Of a DNA stretch of 64,000 nucleotides, positions 22,251 through 36,042 are shown piece by piece. The notes beneath the pieces were generated by a model, which did not search any database, had not been told where the DNA came from, and worked only from the letters and a program-made list of their open reading frames with translations. Every line of letters starts with the position of its first letter. The first letter of the stretch is position 1. This DNA comes from Selaginella moellendorffii (taxonomy: Eukaryota > Plantae > Lycopodiophyta). Made by a program: the position numbers and the translations under genes. The DNA lies in the NCBI RefSeq assembly GCF_000143415.4, contig NW_003314261.1, forward strand, positions 6,174,822 through 6,238,821, read 5' to 3'.

Positions 22251-25200
22251 AAGAAATCCATGGAGATGGATTCCCAAGGACCTGAAGGGACCGGAAGGGA
22301 ACGAAGCAAACCTGAAGGAAGGTGGCGAGGTACCTTATTCCGGGCACAAGTGTCACAGGAGGTAACAAAAGCTTTGATGTAGTCGTCCATGTGAGGCCAC
22401 CAAAAGTCCCGTGCAACTAGCTCATAGGTTTTCGCAATGCCGAAGTGACCAGCAGTCGGGCTATCGTGGCACGCCATCAGGACCAACCTTCGAGCATCAC
22501 CTTCAGGAACGTAAAGCTGCTCCCCACGGTACAATAAACCATCTAAGAACTCGAACTCGTCAAATCGCCGGCAGTCGGGAGTCACTGGGTGTCCAGCCTG
22601 AAGATGGGGGAAAATGTCGCTAGCGAGATCATCGGATTGAAGATCGTTTCTGATTGCATCCATCAAGGAGGAGTCCTGAGGGGCCAGGGAAATTGCCATA
22701 ACTTGAAGCCGATCAGGACCGAGGATAACTTGATCCTGTTGATCGAAGGCAGGATTACCAGGCCTGAGACTGAGATAGGAGCGCCTTGAAAGAGCATCAG
22801 AAAGGCCTTGAAACTTTCCAGGTCTGTACTTGATAACAAAGTCAAACCGACTTAGGAATTGTGCCCACCTTGCTTGACGACAGCTTAAAACTTGGGAAGT
22901 GGCAAAGTACTCGAGATTTTTGTGATCCGTCCAGACTGTTGTTTGATGGCTTGCCCCTCCAAGAAACGGCGCCACTCTCCAAAGGAATCCACGATGGCAA
23001 GGAGCTCCTTGTCGTGGATTTCATAATTGATCTCCACAAGCTGGAATTTCTAAGAATGGAAAGCGACCGGATGAAGTTCGTGATCCGCTCCGAGTTGAGA
23101 CAGCACAGCACCAATGGCAAAGTCGGAGGCGTCAGCCTCGATGAAGAAAGGTTGTGAGGAATCAGCATGGATCAAGACAGGAGCAGAACTGAAGGCCGCC
23201 TTGAGTGTGTCGAAGGCCTGCTGGGCAGCAGCAGACCAAGAGAAGGGAACATCCTTGCGAGTGAGATGTGTGAGAGGAAGGACAATGTCAGAGTAGTGAT
23301 CAATGAATATGCGGTAGAAGTTGGCGAAGCCAAGGAAAACCTGAACGTCCGACATTGATTGTGGAGGCTCCCATTCGAGAATAGTCTTGACTTTGGCAGG
23401 ATCCATCGTGATACCCTCAGGAGTGACAATGTACCCAAGGAACTCCACAGACTGCTGATCAAAGGAACATTTCTCAAGCTTCGCGTATAGGCCATGTTCT
23501 CGCAGCTTCGCTAGCACCTTGCGTACATGTTCGTCATGCTCCTCCTGAGTTTTTGAGTAGATGAGGATGTCATCGAGGTAGACGATCACCATCTGATCAA
23601 GAAACTCCCAAAAGACGTCGTTCGCCATGTGTTGGAAAACTGCTGGAGCATTTGTCAAGCCAAATGGCATGACAGTGTACTCGAAGTGGCTATAGCGGGT
23701 TCGGAACGCAGTCTTCCATTCATCACCAGGCCGGATCCGGATCAGGTTGTATGCTCCACGGAGGTCGATCTTGGTGAAGAAGCGGGCACTGCCGAGACGT
23801 TCCAACAGGTCCGAGATCAGGGGCAGCGGATAACGGTTCCGAACAGTCACCTTGTTCAGACCTCGGTAGTCGATGACTAGCCGCAAGCTCCCATCCTTCT
23901 TCTTGACAAAGAAGACAGGCGCTCCAGCCGGGGACTGCGAATGCTGAATATAGCCCGAGGCAAGGTTCTCATCCACGTACTCTTTGAGGGCCTTAAGCTC
24001 GGACGGGGATAACCCGTAGATAGGCTCCCACGGAGGTGACGCTCCTTCCTGTAAATCAATGGGAAAATCATAAGGCCGATGAATAGGCAGTACACTAACT
24101 TTTTTCTTGTCAAACACATCCCCAAAATCATGATACTTCTCAGGAAGACTGATAGGAAAAACATGCAAAGCAAAAAGAAAAAGAGGTTCTTCATGAAGGA
24201 GTTCTTTCATAGTGATTGTGGAGATAGGAGGAGGCGTACGACTAAATGGAATGATGAGACGAGGATACGGTCCAGTGTAAGATGGAAGAGAGGAAAAAGA
24301 AGAGGGTGAAAACTTTATAGAGTCAGGAACAGAACCCCGATTTGAGTTTAGGGAACTTTTCCTGATTCAGACTCGATGAACAGTAGGGGAAGCCGTGGGA
24401 GAGATGAGCTGTAATTCCTTCCAACAGATTTGAGGCTGATGTAGTTGGAACCAAGGAAGACCGAGCACCACAGAGGAGGACTTGCTGTTGATGATGTTGA
24501 AGGCGATATCGGTGACGGTGGACCCGATGTGTACTCGAACGGGCAACATTTCCCTAAGTCCAGAAGATGGAGACACAAAATGCCCGCCGATGCCTTCAAC
24601 CCTCAAATCCCGTATGGTAGGAGAAAGAGGAACGTGATGTCAGGCAGCAAAGGCCGTGTCCATGAAGCAGGAAGTTGCACCCGAGTCCAGTAACGCCAGA
24701 GCCTTGAGTCCTGATTGTTCGGTGAAAGAAAGGAGACATGGGACGCGGAAGTTGCGGGAATTGGTGGTGGCTTTGATGAAAGGTGGTGAGGAGCTTGATA
24801 AAGAAGAAAAGTGATTTTTATTCGGGGAGTCCAAACAGATAGCTCCTACTCTGTTTGGACAGGGTCGTTTCCCGACTGCAATAGAGGTGGACTTTGAGGC
24901 AGAGTAAACTCGAGCAGTCAAGGAGGCTTCTTGGGACATACAGCTGCTTTGTGATTAGGATCAGCACAATAGAGGCAAAGATTATGAGATATTCGACGTT
25001 GCTTCTCAGCAGGACTCAACTTCCCTCTAATGAGTCGGGGAGTACCAGAAATATCCATCGGAAGCAGAGCAGTAGGTTCAGGAGTATGCCCTGAAGACTC
25101 AAGCTGGGATTCCTGAGTCTGGGATGGAAAAACAGCGGTGTGGCGACTTTCCTGACGACGTTCAAAGAGACGATTGTCACATCGAACAGCTTTGTTGATG

Positions 25201-26301
25201 GCATCCGACAGGTCCTTGGGATCCTCCATGGTGAGCAACAAATCCTTGACACCGTTGTTGAGGCCGAAACGAAATTGGTCAATTAGGGCCTGCTCATCCC
25301 ACTGAGTGTCCAAGGCAAGGAGTTGGAACTCTGCAGCGTAGATCGAGGCAGGACGAGACCCCTGAGAGAGACGTCTCATCTTTGTGGTAGCAGCCCGAAC
25401 CCGATCCGTCTCGCCAAAACATGCTTCGAGCTTCTCTTTGAACAATTGAAGATCCATTAGCTCCGGAACCACGACCCCTTTCATGCTCTTCTCCAGAAGA
25501 GGAGAAAACCATGACAAAGCTGCACCCTCAAGCAACGTCCCAATCGCGCTGATTTGAGACTCGGGAGTGGGGTACTGCCAATGTTGAAGTGCAAAGATCA
25601 GCTCCATTTGGTTCAAAAATCCACGAAGCTCCGAACGCTTGCCTGAAAATTTCGCCGGGAAACTCACCTTCGGTTCAGGAACTTTGCTGGATCCTTGAGC
25701 CGAAAGTGAAGCAAGCTCCTGCTGCATGCGAAGAAGGGTCGCCTTCAGCTCGATATTCTTAGATTGGATTTTTGCAAGGACTTCAGCAAAGAAATCAGGA
25801 TGGCTTGGAGACTCCATTGGCAAGAAGAAAGAAAAGAAAGGGGGAAAAAGACAAAGGCAATCAAATAATCAAAACGGGCTAAAAGAAAAGCAAAAACCAC
25901 AATCTGAATCAAACTGTCAAGACCCCCAACAAGATCAAGGCTGGAAAATGCTAAAGACAAAGAGAAAAAGCTAGTGAAAACAAAGAAGAGGCCTTAGACT
26001 GGCGTTGATTCAGATTGTGGAGAAATGGAACAAGGCTAACCTATATATACTATAGGTTGATGAAGCTCCACCACTCTTGGATCAAGGACGGCCTAAATAT
26101 AGCTGAGGTCGAGGAGGCGCCACATCATCATCAGGAATGTGGCTCGAGACTCAGGAATCGGGAAGTGTCTCGAGAGTCAAGAATAGGGAAGTGTCTCGAG
26201 AGTCAGGAATAGGGAAGTGTCTCGAGAGTCAGGACTGTGGTCTGCAGGTTAGGAATCCGGCGAGAGTCAAGAATGTGGCAAGAATTGGGGGATTCCTGAC
26301 A
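22251..26301 (-). mobile_element. Ty3/gypsy LTR retrotransposon (Tcn1/Sushi-like), 3'-truncated inside integrase
   Basis: 5' LTR 26301-26016 (TG...CA). gag 25823 onward with CLYCADPNHKAAVC knuckle, protease LLDSGAT, RT YLDD, RNase H DASD..TDHKNL, integrase HHCC up to WESISMDF. Several stops and frameshifts. Confidence 0.93.
26016..26301 (-). repeat. 286-bp 5' LTR with internal 26-bp tandem repeat (aggaatMgggaagtgtctcgagagtc x3)
   Basis: tgtgg...cctgaca termini; tandem units at about 26152-26233. Confidence 0.8.
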
Positions 26302-26620
26302 GGAACGACAAATATGCTCTCAGTGTCACTGGAAATCAAGAGGGTTTGGGATGACATTTGGAAAATAAAGTCTCACGAATTTGACAACATGCTTATGAAC
26401 CATCCTGAGACTCAACAATTTGTGAGGAAAATGTTTTACATTATTGATGGGAATCATTGTTAGTATGCATGAATGAAGTGCATCAATGAATGCTTTTGAG
26501 ATGATCTTGTCTATCACATCAATATTCCAGTTGGACATATACATATGAGAGGATCTCTAGATATGGCAAGGCTTGTGATAGCTTTCCCATAAAATTTAAT
26601 GTGTAAGTACTTCTCCCTAT
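26302..26620 (+). pseudogene. Second ParB/Srx-fold gene fragment
   Basis: Reads WDDIWKIKSHEFDNMLMNHPETQQFVRKMFYIIDGNHC*YA*MKCI, a canonical IIDGNH(R)..AW ParB-type motif with stops. Confidence 0.6.
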
Positions 26621-26829
26621 TCAATCACTTTTAATGATTTGTGTTTTGCATGCTGGGACAATTTGCAGTGCAGAAGCAATGCCTAGTACATGATATCGAG
26701 CAAATCCGGTTTTTCGCCAATCTCAACAAGGATGCAGTTTGCAGCCACTATAGTGATGACTTAGCATCACTTATTTGGCATCAATGAGGTCGTCAAGATA
26801 GCAAGTTTGTGTTTACTCTTAGTGGGGAG

Positions 26830-29750
26830 TGACAAAAAGATGGGAATAAAGGAAGTACCTTTAGTGATTTAGCGGGTGTTAAATCAATTTCGAGATACTA
26901 TGCTGAAGGAGTTACCAAAGGGGTTACCCCCCACATAATCAATAGAACATAAGATTGAACTAGTCGAGGGTGCTAAGGTGATAGTTCATCCCTTATATCA
27001 ATTGAACAAAATAGAACTCGAGAAGTTCAAATGCCAACTTGAGGAGTTGGTAGATAAAGGTATGTTATGTTGAGCAAGTTGTCATATGGGGCACTAGTGT
27101 TATTTGTGAAAAAGAAAGATGGCTCTATGCGCATATGCATAGATTACTGGTTGTTTAACAAGTATATAAAGAAGAATAAATACCCTTTACCAAGGATTGA
27201 GGACATATTTGATAGGTTGGAAAAGGTGAAATAATTCTCAGGATTGAAATACTACTAGATTAGGGTAGCAGAGGTAGATATTGAGAAAATAACTTATCAA
27301 ATGAAGTATGAAAGTTTTGAGTTTTTGGTGATGCCCTTTAAACTATGCAATGCGCTACAAAGTTCTCAATGCCAATGAGCTACATTTTTGTACCCTATCT
27401 AAATCACTTCATGGTTGTCTATAGCAAGATGCTAAAAGAATATGCCAAACACTTAACGAAGGTCTTTAATAAACTAAAGGAACACAAATTATATGCTAAA
27501 GAGAGCAAATGTAATTTTGCTCAACAAAAGGTAAAGTTTTTCAAGCATATGGTGGGCAAAGATGGGCTAGATGGACCTTGAGAAGGTCCATGTAATCTAG
27601 AAATAGGAATGACTATGAAATTTACACAAGTTAAGGGGGTTCTTGGTATTATGTAACTGCTATCAAAAGTTTATTAAACACTATTCGAGAGTAACCTTGC
27701 CTTTAACGGAATAAATAGGAAAAGAGAATATGGTATGGACAATAGAATGCAAGATAATATTTGTCCACCTTAAAGGGAAATTGAAAAAGACTCTTGTATT
27801 GACATTACCTGACTTTGGTAAGAACTTCAAGGTAGAAACAAATGCTTCAGACTTTGTGTTGGGCACAAATTTGAAATAAAACAACTACCTAATGGCATTC
27901 TTCTTGAAAAAGTTAAACAAGGCTCAACAAAAATGGCCTACCCACGAAAAGGAATTGCTTGCAGTGGTCAAAGCACTTAAAGAGTGGTAACATTACCTTA
28001 TGAGACACTTCAATGTATACATAGATAATGTGGCAATAAAACACTTCTTGTCATAGCCCAATTTACAAAGAAAACAAAGTCAATGGGCCAATGCTTTGGC
28101 TAAATTTGATTTCGAGATTCTATATAAACTTGGGAAGAGCAATGTTGCAACAAATGCTCTAAGTCGAAAAGCAAGCTTAAAGTTAGCAATATCTAATATA
28201 ACAACAACTTTTTGGGATGATGTGCGGATGGCATATGAGGATGATGGTTTAGTATAAAAAGTGTTGTTAAAGAACCAAGAGGCATAAGATGCTCACTAAA
28301 GAGGTGAGCCATATATAAAAGAAAAAACAGGTTATATAAAATTCAATGGACTCATCTATTATAAATAGACAAGGGTGTATGTTCCACAAGGGGAACTAAA
28401 GGAGGTAACCTTAGAAGAATGTCATAATGGATTTTTTATAGAACACAGTAGAGTGCCTAATACAATAGGCTTTCTCAAGAGAAAGTATTATTGGCTAGAT
28501 ATGGCTAAAGATGTCTAAGACTATATAAAGATATGTCTAACATGTCAACAAATCAAAGTTGTTACTAAGGTTAGTAGGGGCTTATTACAAAGCTTCCCAA
28601 TTTCAGATCGTCTATGGAAATATTTTACAATGAACTTCATCATAGGACTCCCCCCAAATAAGGGGTTTGCTATGATATTCATGGTGGTGGATCAGTTTTC
28701 TAAGATAGCACATTTCATACCCACCATAATGGAAGTGGATGCAAAAGATGTAACTAAACTATTCTTCAAACAAGTGGTTCAAGCATAGGGAAGGCCAAAA
28801 AAGATTATCTCAAATCAAGATAAGATTTTCACCAATAGAATCTAGAAAACTCTCATAGAGCAGTATTGCATCAAGTTAATATTCAACATAGCCTATCACC
28901 CACAGACAGGTATTGGGTATTGAGTTAAGTATAATAGCAATAACACTTTTTGACAAATGAACAAACTGAAAGGGTGAATAGGTAGCTAAAAAAATATTTG
29001 TAATACTATATCTCTAGAGACTAGACTGATTAGGTAAGTCATTTGGGACTTGTGAAAATGTGCTATAACAACTCATCACATTTGAGTATTAAGGTGAGTC
29101 TATGGATGAGTTGTTGAATGTCCTATAGAACTCAACATGGCTGAGTATCATAAAGAACTACTTGTAGTAGAGGCATTCACAATGAAAAGACTTAATATTT
29201 GGAATCTAGTAAGGGATTCCTTGGAACGGGCTCAACAAAGACAAACTAAATATGTGAACCTAGCACCAAGATATAGAGTTCCAACATAGGGAAAAGGTGT
29301 AGTTGAACACCAAGAAGCTAAGGTTACCAAGTGGGATCAGCCAAAAATTGACCCAAAAATAAAATGCATTTATTTTTGAAAATGAATTGAGCTTGAGTTC
29401 TTTAAGCAGATTTGCAAGGCTTTATGAGATTGAGGCTCAAATTGGTAAGGTGGCTTACCACCTCCAACTTCCTCAAGAGATGGGGAAGATGCATTTTATG
29501 TTCCACATGAACTTACTTAAGCCATACTTTGAGGATTTGCTTCACAAGGACCAAGTAAGACATTTACCTAAGGTTATCCAAGAGGAAAAGAAATACAAAG
29601 TTGAGGTTATCCTTAATGTGTGTAAAAGCAAGTAACAAAAACGTGACGTGAGGGGCTAAAGTGGAAAGGATTTCCACTCTGTAAAACAACATGGGAATTA
29701 GAGAAGAATTTAGGGAACACATAAGATCTAGTGGAGGAGTTTTTGCAAAG
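26830..29750 (+). mobile_element. Heavily decayed Ty3/gypsy pol (RT-RNaseH-integrase, possible chromodomain remnant)
   Basis: Fragments [69 protein letters not shown], with many stops. Confidence 0.85.
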
Positions 29751-31228
29751 TAAAACTCTATGTACTTATGCAAAGTTCAATTAAAGTATTAATTTGTAAA
29801 ATTGAGCAATATCATATGTTAGGACCTGAAGGCACACCAAAAGTAAGTTAATTAGCATGGGTTTAACTAGGTTGACTTTGTAGACATATGATACGAAAGT
29901 TGGGTTTGAGTCCCAACCCTTTAATAAAGCAAGGCTGGTGTGGGACACAAATCCCAAAGCCCCAAAAGTGGAGTTAAAAGGGTCCCATGTGATAGTGGCT
30001 AAAGCGGAAGCCAAACGGAAGAAACACGTTTAGACTAAAAGCTCCAACTTAGACAATTGAAAGTGGGAGTGGAACTCCCAACGAAGTGCTTGAGGAACGA
30101 GCATGAAGCAAACAGTAAGTGAGTCTCTAGAAAACAGATACAAGAGGACCACCACATGATATGTGAAAGTGTCGAGATGGACCAGAGATAGACCCGAGAT
30201 AGAGTCCAAGATGGAGTCCAAGATGGAGTCCGAAATGGACCCAAAATGGTATCCGAGATGGAGTCCAAGATGGTTTGGGATGGATTCGAAATGGAGTCTA
30301 AAATGGAGTCCAAGATGGACCCGAGATGGAGTATGAGATGGAGTCCGAGATGGACCTAAGATGGAGTCCGAGATGGAGTTCGAGATGAACCCAAGATGTG
30401 GAGTTCGAGATGGAGTCTAAGATGGATTCAAGACCAAGACCGAGATCGAGACCAAGACTAAGATGAAGTTCGAGACTAAGATCAAGTTCGAGTCCGAGAC
30501 TGAGACAAAGTTCAAGACTGAGACCGAGTTTGAGTATGAGATTGAGACCAAGTCTGAGTCCAAGACCAAGTCCAAGTTGGAGTCCGAGTCCAAGTCCAAG
30601 TCCGAGTCTGAATACTAATATAGGTTGTTGGGTGAAAGCCCAAAGTGATCATCCCCCTAGAGGGCAGGGGGGCTACAAGGGGTTCCAAAAATATAGTAGG
30701 GAGAGTGTGGGGGTTGGACTATAGTGGAGCCAGTTTGGTTAGGAAAGGCTAGTTTGGACTAGGAAGGCTGTACCCAAGTGTTGGGTGATAAGATAACTAG
30801 TGGGAAACTAAGGCTAGAGTGAATATAGATAGACAAGCAGGGTAACTTGGTGAAGTGTTCAAGAGCCGGCTTTAGTTCCCCTAGGAGATCGAATGGTCGA
30901 TGCTCCCAGTCTAAGCGTGGGTGGCACTACCTATTTGGATACCTAGTGTGGCTCAATGGAACCTTGCTCTAGCCCCATGGTTAGAGCACCCAAAGTCAGA
31001 AGGTAAGGAAAGTACCCATGAGGCTCACATAAGGCCCTAGTATTCTGAAATGTTCTCCCAAAGTGCTAGATTGTGGAAAGGAAAAAGAGTAGTCCTTTGG
31101 TGTAGTGATCAAGGATACAGTCACATGGTGGAGAAGTCCTAAAGGACAGTGGGACTTAGTGGTCAAGTTATGGGCTTTGACCCAATGGCAGTATTGGTAA
31201 ACATGGCCATAGATAAAAATGGGATTCT

Positions 31229-34200
31229 TTGCTAACCGTGTATCACGACTCCGGGACATCCCCCATTTGGCATTGTGCCCAAGCTAGTCTCCTTACTGAG
31301 AGTCTATGACCACTGAAAAATAAATATCCTCATATTCCAAACCATCACCGCGCCCTAGTGAGTTGGGACTCGAACCCAAGCACTAAAGGGTCAATACTCG
31401 AACCCAACCTTTGTATATGCATTTATGGATGGTATCACCTAAGATGCCTGGCATGACTCCCCACGCCGGTGCACCAACTTATATTTAAAGCGCGTTACAG
31501 ATCACAACTTAGGAACCTATTTCCTCTGCACTACTAAATCCTCTCACTTGACAAGTCTGTGATCATACATGGACTCCTCCATGCTTAGCACCATGGGCCA
31601 TCCCCTTTGAAGTTAGCACCTTCAACTAGGGTATTTATTCCCCTAACTTACCAATCTCGCTTAGCAAGTCATCCGACCACTATAACATGGTTCATATATA
31701 AGCACAAAAGTCCTTGACCATCGACTTTCGTTCAAAGCTATCCCTTTGAACACTCAGAAACTGTTTCCCCAACCTTGATAACTTTGCCTTATAGCAAACT
31801 TCAAGACCACCCTTTTGCTGCACCACTTTGATTTTGCGTGTTCTATCAACTATTTACACTTGGCTTTCTAAATACTAATCTACTTAGAATTGTCTTTGGG
31901 AACTTTGAAGGGACTTTGTCCCTTAGTTTGTTAAGGCCTCTTCTTTTGCAAGCTTTCTAATTGCCATATAGTTTAACATGGATAATTCCATATTTTAGAA
32001 TCTTCATGGCATCATGGTTGCTAATAACAACCTGCTCAAGCACCCATTTGATTCTCGACTCTTAACTCGCATAACCACCCTTGGTTATGCCCTTCGATTC
32101 CTATAGTTCAATTTTATCCTTTTATTATTTGCTTTTTAGCCTCACATGTTTCCTTTGATTATTCTCCTCCAGACTAGGAGGATAGATTTGCGCTTTCTAC
32201 CATACCTTAGTAAGTATTTATAAGGATGAACCTACCTGATAACCTAGGGAGTGGTTCCTCAATCCGAGTATGCTCACCTTGTAATCCTATACACCGAGAT
32301 TAACGTTGCTACTTATGGGCATTTATATGCCCATTTCTAACCTTCCCAAAATCCCTTTTTGGCTTTGTCCAATTTGGGTAGATGGATTTTTCCTGTCTCA
32401 ACAATCTTGGACATTTGGATAACACCTTTTATCTATCATTCACTATGGACTTAATCCCTTGGGCCTTATCTAATGCCCTTACGACACTAAACACCACTTT
32501 CTAGTGTTTTAGAGTATTTAGGTGTTTTAATGATGCCCTTCTTTGACAATGTTTTAATGATGCCCTTTTTTGACAATGAGCATTCCCTTTACGACATTGA
32601 CTTATTATATCGCAACATAAATAATTTATCCCCCATAAAGGTATATTTAACTTCCTTATCCCAATAAAAAGTTTTGGGTAGTTACCTTCTACCAGTTTAA
32701 TCAATTATTTTGCACCTTTTGCTTAATTGTTTTATAGTCGTCAAGTTTTACAACTCATTGCTAGTGCTTTCACACCTTCATCATTATTTAGGTCACCACA
32801 CTCTAATTGCATCCCTTTTAGTTTAGGCTATGCCATTCCCATTTCCATTAGGATTCTTTTAGGAATGGGTTCTCATGAACCTGCCAACTTGACCTCAAGG
32901 CATCACATTTTGGCACATTCAGTGTCTCTACACCATCAGCTCCACAAGCCTACCTTTATGACACTTTTTACTTGTGTTTAGGTCTTTATCAAGACCAATA
33001 TAGTTATTTCTCATACCAACTATCCATTAGCACTACACCATAGAGTTTACACACAGCTTTGTGTCAAAATTGTTTTCTTCTAAGAACCTCTTTCCCACTA
33101 CTTTATTATAGCACATTTTGCCATCAATGAGATACCCACTATTCTCATACTTCGATTTTATGATCCTCCCCATCCTTCATGGGGCACAACACACCTTAGT
33201 CCAAATGCTTCTACCAATCCCTTAAAACCATTTATTGACTCTACTTGAGTCATCCAACTTTTTGGACTTTGCTAATCTGATGACCCGTGATGTCCTATTT
33301 TTGATATGCTAGCTTGCTAGAATACAACTTCTTGTATTCATATCCTAGCCATAAGGACCATCTTTGCAAATGTTACTCTAACACTTGATTATTTTCTGTT
33401 CCGTGTGGGCTGCCTTTGCCCCTTAGGACTATCCATCCATATGATGAGAATACCAACTCATCCTCTAAGTACACCCCTAACTCCTTGGGATTGTTCCAAC
33501 ATTTATAAAAAGTAGCCCCAACTATCATTTCAAGGATTTATGTCCTCATCTGCATTTGACCTCCCACGGTCATTAATTCTGGTCTCAAAAGTCATAAGCA
33601 CTAGCCTTAACTATTTGAGGGTAATATGGTGACTCCTTTATTGTTTTGGAGTCTCTATCTTCCCCGTGATCCCAACTATAGCTGTTTACCATAACTACAT
33701 TAACTAGTTTGCTAATTCAAACACACATCTAGATCACATCCTCAACTCTTTGAGGAAAATTTTATATTGTTCCCAAGATCTCAAAGTCATTCCCTTATTG
33801 GCCCTTTTCTATCCACCACCTTGTCTACAAGTTCACATATGAATTGTAATGGAGAGCCATGTCCTCCCGACCTACTACTCCTCAAGGATAGGCTCACTCC
33901 TAGGACCTTTTGATGCTAATACATGTGGTGATATACTTGAGCACTAATAAAAGTCAAAGTAAAGAATAGCTTCGATACCAAATTGTAAGCAACTGGACTT
34001 GGGGGCTCGCTAACCCCAAGAATGACATCCATGCCACTCAACCTTTGCACTTAGTCCAAGTGCTCCACGTGTCCAATCCCCTAACTAACACCCAAAGGTA
34101 CCACCGATATATCAACCCATTACGCTAAAACCATGCCTATTCACTTTTGTCACATCGGTGATCCAACACCACCTGCATCCCAGTCCCATCTCTCAAAGAC

Positions 34201-35438
34201 TGGGCCATTTATTCATGAGTGATCATTTTAGATCCACTTTTTAGCATCCTTAGGATGCCCATAGATATGGGGAATAGCTTTCCCCAATATCCCTTTTACA
34301 GTCTCTACTAAGCCCTTTTTCTGTCCATGGCCGTGTTCGCCAACACTACCACTGGGGCAAGGCCCATAGGTCTAACCACTAAGTCCCACTGTGCTCTAGG
34401 ACTTCCTCACCACGTGACTGTATCCTTGGTCACTACATCAGAGGATCACTCCTCTTCCTTTCTATAGATTGGGACTTTGGGACAACATTTCGAAACACTG
34501 TGGCCCTACGTGAGCTTCATGGGTACTCTCCCCACTTTTTGCCTTTGGGTGCTTTAGCCATGGGGTTAGAGTGAAGTTTCATTGAGCCACACTAGGTATC
34601 TAAATAGGTAGTGCCACCCACGCTTAGACTGAGAGCATCAACCATTCGATCTCCTGGGGGAACTAAAGCTAGCCCTTGAACACTTCATTAAGCTACCTTG
34701 CTTNNNNNNNNNNNNNNNNNNNNNNNNNNNNNNNNNNNNNNNNNNNNNNNNNNNNNNNNNNNNNNNNNNNNNNNNNNNNNNNNNNNNNNNNNNNNNNNNN
34801 NNNCACCTGGGTATAGCTTTTTTGGGCCAAACTGGCCTTTTCTGGCCAAATTGGCTCCACTAGGGTCCAACCCACACTCTCCCTACTATACTTTTGGAAC
34901 ACCCCCCCCCCTCCCCCCCCGCAACCCAATAGCTTGTATCAGTATTCGGACTTTGACTTGGACTCAGACTCAAACTTGGACTCGGTCTTGGTTTGGGACT
35001 CAAACTCGGTCTCTGTCTCAGTCTTAGACTCAGTCTCAATCTCGATTCCATCTTGTACTCCATCTCAGGTCCATCTCGAACACCATCTCAGACTCCATCT
35101 CAGGTCCATCTCGAACACCATCTCAGACTCCATCTCAGGTCCATCTCGAACACCATCTCAGACTCCATCTCGAGTCCATCTCGGACTCCATCTCAAGTCC
35201 ATCTCAGGTCCATCTTGGACTCCATCTCAGACTCTATCTCAAGTCCATTTTTGACTCACTTATTGTTTGCTTCGAGGTCATTCCTCAAGCCCTTCATTGG
35301 GAGTTTCACTCATGCTTTTGATTTTTCAAGTTTGAGCTTTTAGTCCAAACGTGTTACGCTTATTTGGCTTTTGCTTCAACCACTACCACATGGCACCCTT
35401 TCGGCTCCACTTTGAGGCTTAGGGATTTTTATCTCACA
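31229..35438 (-). mobile_element. Second, older and truncated copy of the non-autonomous satellite-LTR element
   Basis: Internal 31240-33980 aligns to 51690-54400. PBS gcttcgatacca near 33969-33980; LTR about 33984-35438 ending atctcaca; contains the N gap 34704-34803. Confidence 0.85.
34704..34803. other. Assembly gap (100 N)
   Basis: Run of N. Confidence 1.
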
Positions 35439-35942
35439 ACTTGGTGGGGACTATAAAAAGGATATTGGGGAAGGTTGTTCCCCATGTTTGCAAGCATCCT
35501 AAGGATGCTAAGAAGTGGATCTAAGATAATCACTCATAGACGGATGGCCCAATCTTTAAAAGACAGAATTGTGATGCAAGTGGTGTTGGACCACTAGTGT
35601 GACAAAAGTGAATGGGCATGGCCTTAGTGTAATAGGCTGATATGCAATAGTACCTTTGGGTGTCAATCATGGGATCAAACATATGGAGCACTTGAACCAA
35701 GTGCAAAGGTTGAGTGGCATAGATGTCATTCTTGGGGCTAGTAAGCCTTAAATTCAGAATAGGACTTATGGAGGTTGTGAGTGAGACTCCTCTAAGTGGT
35801 CAAAAGTGTGGTTAAGTGATTAAAATAGAATGGAAAATTTAGTCGCTTACAGTTGGGTTTAAGTCCCAACCCTACTAGGGCATGGTGAGGTGAAGGGTAT
35901 AGGGACACTTATATCCTGTTGTCATGGCTCTTAGTTGGGGAG

Positions 35943-36042
35943 NNNNNNNNNNNNNNNNNNNNNNNNNNNNNNNNNNNNNNNNNNNNNNNNNNNNNNNNNN
36001 NNNNNNNNNNNNNNNNNNNNNNNNNNNNNNNNNNNNNNNNNN
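35943..36042. other. Assembly gap (100 N)
   Basis: Run of N. Confidence 1.

Larger units (their letters stand above)
29940..35851 (+). mobile_element. Solo LTR of the satellite-LTR family, split into 29940 to about 31228 and 35439-35851 by an opposite-orientation insertion
   Basis: Both pieces are reverse complements of the 48143/54401 LTR (tgtgggacac... start, ...gtcgcttaca end) and rejoin at the ...ggga|cttggtgggga site. Confidence 0.75.

Noticed and set aside
22183-22365. C-terminal tail of the 478-aa ORF as part of the ParB-like protein
   Set aside because: Beyond about 22250 it is the antisense of the gypsy integrase, so it is a chimeric read-through at a deletion junction.
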